Assembly: GCA_964016885.1 (NCBI GenBank)
Contig: OZ024740.1
Location: 312,356,001 to 312,420,000, forward strand
Reading direction: 5' to 3'
DNA from: Eledone cirrhosa
Taxonomy: Eukaryota
DNA length: 64,000 nucleotides
Part shown: positions 13,644-25,097 of the stretch, piece by piece
Position numbering within the stretch: position 1 is the first letter of the stretch
Layout: each line of letters begins with the position of its first letter
Notes under the pieces: model-generated
The model's database searches: none
Told to the model about the DNA's origin: nothing
The model's input: only the letters and a program-made list of their open reading frames with translations
Translations under genes and position numbers: made by a program

Positions 13644-16149
13644 GTGAGTTCATTGAAAATTTGAAACTAAATAACTTAGAACTTTTACCATAAGGATTTT
13701 CATGAAAGGTCAGTAATTTCATCTTATGTTTTTACTGCAAGAAGAAATATTTTATTTTACTTACATATTTTATTTTACTTACAATATTGGGATGACTTTC
13801 TTTCATTTTTCAACATGTCTGGCACTTTTCTATTATTTATATGAAATTTTGAATGATTTTGTACAGCAGAATTCATTTAAAACTGGAACTATACTACTTC
13901 AGTACTATAAATTTGTTTCCTAATGTCGCATCAGGAAAATTGATCTTAATAACTCAATAAATGCACAATTTATCAAAAGTTAGTCTTTAAATGACCATAT
14001 CCAATTATTATATCTATTTAGCATTTATTCAATTTTGTTTTGACATATCTTTCAGAAAAGCTGAACTCTTTGTATCAAAAGTTTTCCAAACATTAAAGAG
14101 TGAACCATTGAAGTTTAGGCTTAGATATGTAGGTTTTTTTTTTTCAGTGAGTGAGGTGGGGACATGTCACTCTCTATTATTTTTATTTGAATTTGTCTTA
14201 GTATAGTAGGAGGCAGTTTTACAAAGAAATATTGGTAACGTTCATTTGTATAAACAATAAGACCTGAGATATAGAAGTGACGATAACAGATTGCAATAAT
14301 ATGGGCTGTTGAATGAGCTAAAGTCTATACTTATGTTAAAAATTAAGGGCTGAAAATTTACATTTACAGTTAACTTGCCGATAAAGTGTACATAGTTAGA
14401 AATACTGTTAACTTGTAGGTCACAATTTCATTTTCTGAAGTTATCATCCTTGCTGACATAAATGTAGGCAACTTCATTTGGCTCTTGCTATCCTTTCACA
14501 TTTGCACCATTAGTGCAATGACCTAATTATTTGACTATTCTGAACTCTCTGCACTTATAAATATACTCACAGTTGCCAAGGAGAACATCATCCAACCATA
14601 TATGTTTATTCTATTTGCTCCCAAAAGTGTTATTCTAGTACTAGCTCCTATTCACCAAATACTTCAATTTTACTCTTTCTACAGGAATCTATTCCAATCT
14701 ATGGAAACAAAATAGTTTGTTTCAATCTCAAGGGAGAAGCCTCTCTGACTCTGCCAATTATTACTATATAAACAACCACCTCCTTTATCACACAATGTCT
14801 CTTCCTAGTGATTAGTATGATTTCTACAGAGACAAATCTATCAGAAACTTGCTCTCTTGCCCTTGCAAACTTTGCTGTTATCCTTGACAACTATATAGTC
14901 TTTGACTGTGTCAACTTGAGATCCTTCTAGATAAGTTGCTTACCACTTACCTGCAATCTAAAACCATCTTATCATCTCATGAATAAAAAGTTTCCTGTCA
15001 GAACACACTGTAGCAGTGTATGCTGATGGGATCTCTTTGACTCACAATATTTCAGTTATGATCAGTTGCTTACTCTTTGCAAACCTTAACTTTGACCCTC
15101 ATTGCAGTATTGAAATGAAAATGTAATTTACAGCTGACACATATATAGGTTTATCTGGTCTCATATAAGATTACATCTTATAGGCAATTTCTCAGGTGTT
15201 TTAACAAGAGGGTTGCAGTCCAATCATGAAAAGCAAAGTGAAATAAAGTTTCTTGTTCAAAGATACAATTTGCCACCTAATCCAGGAATAGAACTCATAA
15301 CCTTATGATCACGAGTCCCACATCCTATCAACTAGACTACTGCTCACATATTTTGAATGGTATTGTTGCTTCACACACAAAAATCCTAGACTACATCTAA
15401 TGTGAAATCTATTCAGCTAATTGTTAATGACTCACTCACCACTATACTACAACCACTGACTCAAAGTTGTATTGATTCTTCTCTCTAGTTCTTCAATTGT
15501 TACTACAACAATTTCTGATCCTGTCATCTAGCAACCTACATACCACCTTTGCCTTTTTCCTCTTGTTGCATTCATCGTTTCTCTTGTTATCCCTACAGTA
15601 TATTCCCATTCTTATCACCATAGTAAACATGTTGCCTAATCATTTCCTCAGAATTGCTTCTTTCTGAAATTCCTTCCCTGCTATGTTGTTTAATACCAGG
15701 TCAGTCCTGACTGAGCAAACCTATGATCAAAGACATTCCAGCTGTGAAGACCTTGTTATTTTGTATATCTAGGACTATATTATCCAATGTATCATTCCTT
15801 TTTTAAGATAGGGTGTGATTTAAGGGAGATTTGACTCCATACTTTGGGAAAATAAAGACACTGCAGTTTGAAATGTTTATTCATAATCAGCACCATTAAT
15901 TTCCCTGCATTTCTCTCTCTCTATATATATATATTAGTCCAACCCTTGCAAGCAGGGAAAAGTGGACGTAAAATGATGATGGTGATGATGAATCGCTCCT
16001 GAGCCTTGCTAATTGTTCTAAATATGCTTCACTGGTTAGATCTAACAAGATCAAACCTTGTTTGTTGTTTTCAGTAGTTGGGTTGAAGTCAACATCTACT
16101 CATAACTGTATTGTGTTTATTTACCAAAAATTTTGATTAGTTGATATTA

Positions 16150-16612
16150 TTGGACTTTTGTCCCTTGCTTGTTTTTAGATTTTATGTACTCCAAGACAGA
16201 GTGTTTGTTTTATAATAGCAAAGACAATCTCACTGAATCAAAGTTATTCAATTATATGTGTGTGATTTTACTGTATGTGCTTTTAGCATGCAGACTGCTC
16301 TCCTGATATAGTCTCTGCCCTATTGTTGATATTCATAATCAACATCACTACTTCTTTTGTATTTTTATATATACTGATCACTTATATGTCTTGCCAACTG
16401 ATCAACTGATCTTGCTAACCAGATCAAAACGTGTTTGGTGATTTCCCACCTAACTCCATTTTGTTTATTTTCCCTAAGTTTTGGATCAGCTGTCAAACAA
16501 TTATTAGAGTAGTTAATTATATTGCTTATTGTTTCTAGATTTTAAACATCCATAGAGAGAGTTTTTGTCTTTTAATTGCAAAGATAATCTCAGTTGATCA
16601 GAGTTTTTCAAA
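16150..16612 (+). mobile_element. Old partial-tandem repeat (~360-bp unit) with fossil hammerhead, copy 1
   Basis: 16155-16250 is repeated divergently at 16522-16610. Homologous to 43230-43662. Decayed core at 16392-16440. Confidence 0.5.
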
Positions 16613-16918
16613 TCTATATATTTTTGTGTGTGTGTGTGTGTGTATATGTATATATATGTAAATGTAGTTGGGGTTAAGAAGGTCATCCAGCTGTAGAAAC
16701 CAACCCAGAAACAGTTCTGTATGAGCAAGACATGGTCATCTGATCTGACTCATCTCAAAACTCATCTGACCCATGCTAACATGGAAAAATGGACGTAAAA
16801 CAGTGATGATGATGATGTGATGATGAACCCAGCCAAGCATGGAGAAACGGACATAAAATGATGATATCTAGTCATCATCATAATTTTGCACTCATTATCA
16901 TTGTCATTATTTTTCCTT

Positions 16919-17098
16919 GGCAGTATCGGTAGAGGGTCGGATTATGCTTTCCAGCATAGTTACGTCCCTTTACGATCTGAGTTCAATTCCCGCCGAGGTT
17001 AACTTTGCCTTTCATCCTTACGGGGTCGATAAAATAAAGTACCAGTAATGTACTGGGATAATTGCTGGCCTTGTGCCAAAAAGTAGAAACAATTATTT
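16919..17098 (+). mobile_element. Second tRNA-derived SINE family (~180 bp)
   Basis: GGCAGTATCGGTAGAGGG..GAGTTCAATTCC..GCCTTTCATCCTTACGGGGTCGATAAAATAAAGTACCAG..AGAAACAATTATT. Many copies in the window. Confidence 0.85.
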
Positions 17099-17534
17099 TT
17101 CATCCCTTTTCTTTACTGACATGAGCAAGAAGGTCATCAAAGTTTGAGACTAGATGGGTCAGAGAAACATCAGAAGGGGGTGTAAAACTACATAGGACTT
17201 TTGCAAATTCATTTAACAAATGTTATGCCTTTACACATTTGTTCAGGAATAAAATCCTTAACCATAGTAGGTCATTAGCACACTCTGTAGGATTTAAAAA
17301 ATATGGATACTCAGTATTAGTTAGCTTGATCAATTATTAATTCAGTGAAATGGGATGTGGGGTGTTAGTGCAACTTATGTTCAGTTGAAGCATTAAATAT
17401 ATTATCACTTGATAACAGGTTATTTAATACAAGAAATGAACTTATTCTTAATTGCAATCATAGGAAACTGAAAACCATTAGCAAACTTAAAACAACAATA
17501 ACACAGATACTAATACTGATATGAGTGAAGAATG

Positions 17535-17665
17535 ATATATTACTTTATCAACCCCATAGGGATGAAAAGCAAAGATAACCTCGACGGGATTTGAACTGAG
17601 ACCGTAAAGAGCCGTAATTCTATGCTGCAAAGCATAGCATCTGACGCTCTACCGATACTGCCAAT
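17535..17665 (-). mobile_element. Second SINE family, inverted partial copy
   Basis: Reverse-complement homology to 16919-17040. Confidence 0.75.
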
Positions 17666-17934
17666 AATAATGATAATAGATAAACCTGTTATCACAAATA
17701 GTACATCTACAAAAGACTACCCTGTTGAGTACTGGCCATATATTCAGGAAAGTACTGTCTCAGGTCCTTGTTGAGATTTGAAATGCAGTAGAAGATCCAG
17801 TAATTATTATATTTACTGTGCAAACCATACATAATAACAAGGATTTCTTTTTATTTAAACATGAGGTCATATATATTTAAGGCCTCCATGCTTCCCGAGA
17901 TCCGCCAACACTACAGCTAACACATACAAACATG

Positions 17935-18035
17935 TACTTCCCTGGCATTTGTGTATTATTCTATGTACTATATTGACGAGTTGTAGTGCACCTGAGCACT
18001 TTACACAATAATTTCATTATTATTATTATTATTAT
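17935..18035 (+). mobile_element. 3' tail of the same CR1/L2-type LINE
   Basis: GAGTTGTAGTGCACCTGAGCACT..ACACAATAATTTC(ATT)n. Confidence 0.75.
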
Positions 18036-21000
18036 ATACTTCAGAAATATTTTTTCTCCCTATTTGAATTTTTATATGATGTAAAAACATAAAGATCATA
18101 ATTATAATAAAGCTTCAACAACTATAGTCTAAATGTGAATTTGTTCTCTGATATAAGAAAACAATTACATGTATTACCCAGTGGAAATAGACCATGCAAC
18201 AGTTGAGATGTCTGTTGTCTTTACCATACCCTATCTGGTCTTTATGAATATATAGTTTAAAAAAAGCACCCAGTCAACCCTGTGAAGTAGTCATGCTGTT
18301 GACATAACTAAAGATGCCCAGTACACCCTGTAACTCCCTTACAGGGTGTACTGGGCATCTTTAGTTATGTCACCAACATAAAGACAGAAAGCACCCAGTC
18401 CACACTGTAATGAGGAAGTGCATCCAGCTGTAGAAACCAAGTCAAAATACAAATCCGTATGAACAAGACTTTGTGACTATAATGTGATAACCTACCCAAA
18501 GCAGTTTGGAAAGTTGATGTGAGGTTTGGCATGGGTCAACTTCCACCAGTTCATGCAGTTGCTCGTCATTGAAGTCTGATAGGCTTCCTGCTTGAGCTTA
18601 ATCATCAAGGAATGGAAGCATGTGAACCAGTCCCTGGCACTACATTTAGACAGTGTGTGACCCAAATGCATTGTTAATGTGATGATTCACTGCTGTTGCA
18701 CTTAGGCCAGGTTTGAAGTCATAAAGTAAACAGCCACGTATAATGATTTGGATAGACCCATGTTGCTTCCCCTTCAACAGTGTAACAGAAAATGTGAAAT
18801 GCACATAGTGCATATCAACATCACTTATATATGTGCACATGCACAACCATGAATATTTCTAGAAAACTCTACCAAAATAGCTGCTTTTGAAAAATGGCGG
18901 GAACTTTATGTTAAACCCAGTAATATACATTTTGGTTTTTTTCTCATCATTTAACATTCATTTTCCCTGTTAACAAAGCTTGGCCAGATTGTTATCGACT
19001 GGTCAGTACTCAGGTGGAGTTACTGGCCTCTCAGACTGCATCTTACATATGTTCCCACACTCTGTTGATTGCTCTGACAACCCAGGGCCTTGCATCTCAT
19101 TTATACACGATCCCACAATCCCATTTTATCATGGTACCAGCACTAGGGAGATTTTTATCTTTGATACAGATGAGGAGTCTTCGTGGCACACATACATACT
19201 TATTTATTTTAAATAATATTATTCATTAATATTGGAAACAAGATTATTGCAACTAAAAGTCCGCTAGAACATTATCATTATATACATAAATATTTTTTAA
19301 TCAACATTTTTATTAGAAATACTTATGTGTACCATTACGGCCTGAGTTCATTAAACTATAAACATTTTATAGTTACTATTTCAACTGGTACATTTTATTA
19401 CACATATTTGAGGATTTATTACTGTTATGTTGTTTCACCAGCAATCTTCATATCTTATTATATGTTACCTTTGTTTTGTTCTGATAAGGGATTCATCTAT
19501 TAATATTTTAATCTTTCACCATAACGAAAATAATAATAGATATATTCATGCCATGAACATAACCAAACTGTGCCTTCTAAATTTTGAACCTTGTAACCAA
19601 CTGATCAAATGGCATTATTTTTCTCTTGTACCAGTACTGCACTGGGTAATTGCTGGCCTTGTGCCAAAAGTAGAAACAATTATTTTTCTCTTGTGATTTT
19701 TCTCTTTTGGTACATAACTCCTTGTGTTTTTCTACTACTTTTTCTTTTTATTTATTTATTTGTTTTCCCCATTTTCAGCTACTCTTATAAAGCAATGCCC
19801 CATTTAGGCCTTCATTAATTATATTATGAATTCCTGGGGAAGTGAGCAGTCTTTAAATTGAAATTGTTACATAACGTTTCTTATGTAAGCTTGTTTAATA
19901 ATGGCTGGTTGTGGAAACAGCTGTAGAATGTAGTAATCAAGTAAACAAAGTGAATACTCAGATATTCAAGCAGGTGTTTTAACTTCTTACAGTCTAAGGG
20001 GCTCTGTCATGACTCCTGAGTGCCCTTCTGCTGACATTTAGCCATTTGGATATCGGAGACTTATTGGATATGAAGATTTGTTGACAAGATCTAGCTGGAA
20101 CTCATCTCTGTCGTTTCTGTTATGAAACTTTTATTTAAACGCTTTCTTGAGTTTGGAAAAATAGCATTGTTAGTCATGGTGGCAGTGAGATGTTAACAGT
20201 GTCATTGTCATCTCCAACACTACACCCATGACTCACTCAGAGTTACTTCCCTTAGCGTGCGCTAAAATATTTGCCTCAATGCCCTCTAAGAGTAATGAGG
20301 TTTCTTTTGTCCCCCCTCGACCAGATCCAGCTGGAATTCCTCTCTACTGCCTCTGGTATTGCCTTGAATGCAGTGATTTGAGGACACAAGGTGATAACAT
20401 TTTGGTGAACACTCTGTTTCATTGAAATTACTTTTCATAAACTTCAACTAAATATAAAATACATACATTCATACAAACAAGTGATTATGATATTAAAAAA
20501 ATCCAATAATATTATATATAAATATAGGGGGAGCTTGGACATGGTCACTGGATTTCCTAGAAATGGCAGCCAAATTACAATCTGTCATCTTAAAGAGATA
20601 CTGAATAATTTAATCCTAGATATACTCTTAAAAAGACAGGGTTGTCATGGCCATTGGTTGATTCAAGCCACTACACACATAATATAGCGAAATATTGTTT
20701 CATCTTTATTATCTATTTACTGTAAGACATCACACAATAACAATATAAATAATATAAAAACAACCTCCCAGTAATGTTGTAAGTGGAGCCTATACATGGT
20801 TACCAAATCTGTTAGAAATAGTAGCGATACACTGAATAATGTAATCTTAGATATACCTTTAAAATACAGAGTGGTCACAGCCAAAAATGACTGATCAATG
20901 ACACTCCAGTCATACATACTGACACACATGTATACATACACATATTTACAAAGGATATATATATATATCAATCAAAAAGTTATTTATCTATATGTTCAGA

Positions 21001-21099
21001 CATCTCAATGAAAAGATAAAATACCAACTGAGAGAAGCAATTAAACATAGTAAACTTAAGCCAACTTGTGGTTCAGAATAAAAGCTATTATGGGCTCAT

Positions 21100-22010
21100 A
21101 TACAATATGTTTCAAGACAGCCTACTGCATAGAAGACAATTGGAATATTCTATGAGACAGTGCAGGTTACTGTCTCATGAAAGCACCAGCTCGGAAAGGG
21201 AACATGGTGGTGGAAAAGCACTGTGGATAGAGCAGTTAAAACCAAGAGACAGAAATAGAAAGACTGGTAAAATGGGGGCAGCAAAGATCAGTCCCAGGTA
21301 GCTAAAACAGAAGCTGGACAGGTATACTTTACATGCAAAGAAGCTGAAAGCAAGTTGTTGACTCATGTCTTGTGAAGTAAGGATCAGAAATGTGACCATT
21401 TCATGTAATGTGGCAGTGAAAATCAGGATGTTGTTGGGAAAAGTGTGTCTGAAATGATACTGGTATTTTTAGCATCACTGATGCTTCAAAGAAAGAGGCC
21501 TGGAAATGTTATTATGAGCGGTTAATGAATGTAAAGAATGAATGAGAGAAAAAGAGACTACCCCCAGTTCATCCAACAGAGTAACATACTATCAAAATTT
21601 ACAATTATAGGTTCAAAGACGCGATCAAGGCACACGAAAAATGGTAAAGCCTTTGGTTTGTGAGAGATAGTCATTGAGATACTGAAATCTTCTGGGAAAG
21701 TAAGTCACCTGCATCAATCAAGAAATACATGATGGCATCATGCCCAGTGGTTGGCATAGCAGTATACTCATTATTTGTTACAATGGTAACAATGTGGTAG
21801 AAAGAAGCAACTACATGAAACTACATAAAACTGATGAACCAAGTTATAAAAGTGACAAAGTTTTAGCACAGCTAATTAGGGAAAAAATCAAATTAGATGA
21901 AATGCAATTTGGTTTTGTGCTGGGGAATAGTAGCACAGCACCTAACTAAGTGTAAGCCACTATATCCAGCTTTTAGGGATCTGGAGAAGGCCTCTGATGA
22001 AGTAACATGA
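21100..22010 (+). mobile_element. Highly degenerate RTE LINE fragment
   Basis: LAQLIREKIKLDEMQFGFV and AWKCYYERLMN-like remnants, with many stops. Confidence 0.7.
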
Positions 22011-22254
22011 GATTTCCTGAGTTAGTGTTACAAATAGCTTATTTATTTGTATCACAGAATTCTAGGAGTCATGCTCTCTCCTCATTTACCAAGCCATGAC
22101 CATAACCACCTTACATTTGAGTGTACCCATACTGGTGCTGTCCAATATGACCATTGGAGTCACCAGATAGGATGATAAGGTGTCTATCACCTGTAACTGA
22201 AGTTGTTTATTGGAGTCCCTTGTAAAACAAGCTTTTGTGTGTGGGTGTGTATAT

Positions 22255-23358
22255 CATCATCACCGTTTTACGTCCATTCTTCCACGCTAGCATGGGTTAG
22301 AAGGGTTGTCCTGTTGTGGGCAGTGCCTGGTCGGCTGACCATGTCTTGCTCATACAGGAACTGATTCTGGCTTGATTTCTACAGCTAGATCCCCTTCCTA
22401 ACACCAACCTCATTCACAGTGAGTGCTGGGTGCTTTTTTCCGTGGCACCTACACGTCCACTTTACAGTGTGGGCTGGGTGCTTTTTTGCTGTGGCACCTC
22501 CACGACCACTTTGCAGTGGGAAGGGGTGGGGGCATATAGTCTATACGATTCAGCTTCGGCTTGTACCCGTGGGGGGTCGGGTCTTCTGTATTACTGCGTG
22601 ATGCCAGAGGTCATGGTTGTGTGCCATTGCCTTTGAGAGGTGTAATTGGGTAAGGTCGGCTTTTATCACCTCATCCCAGGTCTTCTTGGGTCTCCCCACT
22701 CCGTAGCTTCCATCGACTTCTAGTGCTCTGCACCTTTTTATGCAGCTGTCATCCTTCATACGCATCACATGTCCATACCAACGCAACCGCCTCTCCTGCA
22801 CACGACATTTGATTCCTCTTATGCTTAGTCTCTCTCTCAATTCGTTTATGCTTTGCCGTTTGCGTATATTACTATTACACATCCATCGGAGCATGCAGGC
22901 TTCGTTTCTTTCTAATCTACGCAAGTCTTCTACAGACAGCGCCCAGGTCTCACTACCATGTAACATTGCTGTTTGTATACACACATCATACAGTCTGACT
23001 TTCATTTTGACAGAAAAGCCTTTTGCAGCTAGCAGTGGCAGTAGCTCCCTGAATTTCTTCCATCCCGTTCTTACCCTAGTTATTGTACTTTCCGAACACC
23101 CACCTCCGCTGCTAATTCGGTCACCTAGGTAGCAGATGCTGTCTACTGTTTCTACAAAGCCCTCCCAGAGTTTGGTGGTACTTGTTTCCTGTGGCTGTTT
23201 GCTGCTTGCTGTCCCAGCGCAGCTGCTGCATGTGAAGCCTACATTCTTAGTTAAGCTTCCTGAGATCCCACTACATCTCTTGTGTACCCATTGTTTGCAT
23301 TTGGAGCAGAGGATGGAGTTCCTACCTACACCTTTCCTACATACCGAGCAGGCCATTT

Positions 23359-23361
<3 letters not shown>
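22255..23361 (-). mobile_element. RTE-clade LINE, 5'-truncated (family A)
   Basis: ORF with a Cys/His finger (CSVC..C..C..WVHKRC..C..C), MLHGSETW, RRLRWYGHVMR and GRPKKTW. 3'UTR ends in (GAT)n. The 5' end abuts (TA)n. Confidence 0.92.
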
Positions 23362-23411
<50 letters not shown>

Positions 23412-24444
23412 AGTTGAAACTTAGTAAAAGATGTGATATACAATTAAATTAATTCACTACAACATTTACATAACAAGAATATGCACATTTCGAAAGATGC
23501 CAACTCATTGGTTTGCTATATTATGGTGGATTGACTCAATATAAGAGTTCTAAGAGGAGAGGAGGTAATTAAGTAGCCATAAAGTTAGGAGCTAGGGGGG
23601 TTACAAAAAATTCTGAATAAAGTAAGGGAGAGAAGTCTTATATAAATTAATAAAGGGTGCTAACTTAGGTTCATAGAATTAGAAACACGGTTATGTTATG
23701 TGGCTTATCTAGTAGGGAAGTCAACCACTCTTGAGGAATGTCCAATAGCCTCAGTCTGGCCTCAACCAATTCACTAAAATGAATTTAATTTCATGGGCTA
23801 CAGTTGAAGAAATCAAAACAAGTATTCAAGCATTTCTTATTGGGAGATAGGTTTTTGAAAATATTCTACTCTTCATCTCATCATCATCATCATCATCATC
23901 AACGTTTAACGTCCGTGTTCCACGCTTGCATGGGTTTGGACGGGGGTAGTCCCACTTGAGGCAAGAGTGATTGTCTTGCTCGCATAGGACTGTGCATAAA
24001 TAACACTTCCTTGATCCATTTATCTTTCTAGGATCCTCCATTTAATGGAGAAACCCGTGCCAGTATCTTTGAGATTCCACACTGGCTTGTGAGCTTCATG
24101 GCATATCTCTTGTCTGGGTTTCTAAAGCTTGTTTAGTGGTTAAGGAAACAGCTTTTGAAGTGACTCTCTGATATGCTTACATATATCTAGGCTTTTTTTG
24201 TGGTTCTGATTAGTGGATGTTACTTCTGTTTCATATATCACTGTTGGTGTGTTACATGTTGGTCAAGAGGACTTTCTGCATGAGCCACAAGATGATGGAG
24301 GGCTTGTGGATTTATTTTTCATGTTTGATTTTATGTTTTTGACACAGAAATAGCTGCTGATTTTCACTGTGGCAGTTGATTATTTGTCTGTACTTATGGC
24401 CTACAGGAAAATGTTTATCAATGAGAGTTAGGAATTCTATGAAA

Positions 24445-24860
24445 AATGCACCTAGTACATTCTGTAAGGTGGTTGGAAATTGGAAGGGCATTCTACTGTA
24501 GAAACCATGCCAAAAAGCATTGAGGACTCTTCAGTTGTGCCAAGGGCATGACAACTTCTCTAGTATTGGTGATCTATTTGATAAACTCACCCAGTACACT
24601 GTAAAATGGTTGGTGGTAGGAAGGGGATCCAGTTGTAGAAAACAAAAGATTGGGAGGATTTTTGAGTTGTGTCAAATACATGACAAACTCCCTTGTGCAG
24701 GTGATCTATATGATAAATGCACCTAGTACACTCTGTAAAGTGGTTGGTGATAGGAAGGGCTCCCAGCGATAGAAAACCTTCCAAACAAAAAGTTGGGTGG
24801 ACTCTTCAGCTGTGTCAAAGACATGACAAACTCCCTAGTGCTGTGCCATGAAAAAATGCA
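24445..24860 (+). repeat. Tandem trimer of a ~137-bp retroposon-tail-derived unit
   Basis: CACC(T/C)AGTACA..CTGTAA..TGGTTGG..GGAAGGG..TAGAAA..CATGACAA occurs three times, starting at about 24448, 24588 and 24720. Confidence 0.75.
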
Positions 24861-25097
24861 CTTGGTAGAGCACGTAAACATATCTAAGTGAAACGTGGGT
24901 CTCTGTTCCAGCTTTGCACTCAGTAGTGTGAGAGAATGTATATAAATGAGTTGCAGGCCTCTGGCCCATCTTAGAGGACAGTAGCTTCACTTGAGTACTT
25001 ACCTGGCCTGTGATGACCTGTCCAGCCCTTGCTAGCAGAGAAAATTGGTGAGGAGGATGATAAGGATGATGCTGATGATGATATGTATTGACTATAC

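Noticed and set aside
19910-20220. Possible solo LTR (TGT...ACA)
   Set aside because: No matching target-site duplication, second copy or PBS/PPT.
24445-24860. CRISPR-like or novel array
   Set aside because: Whole units are homologous (no unique spacers), they derive from a retroposon tail, and the context is eukaryotic.
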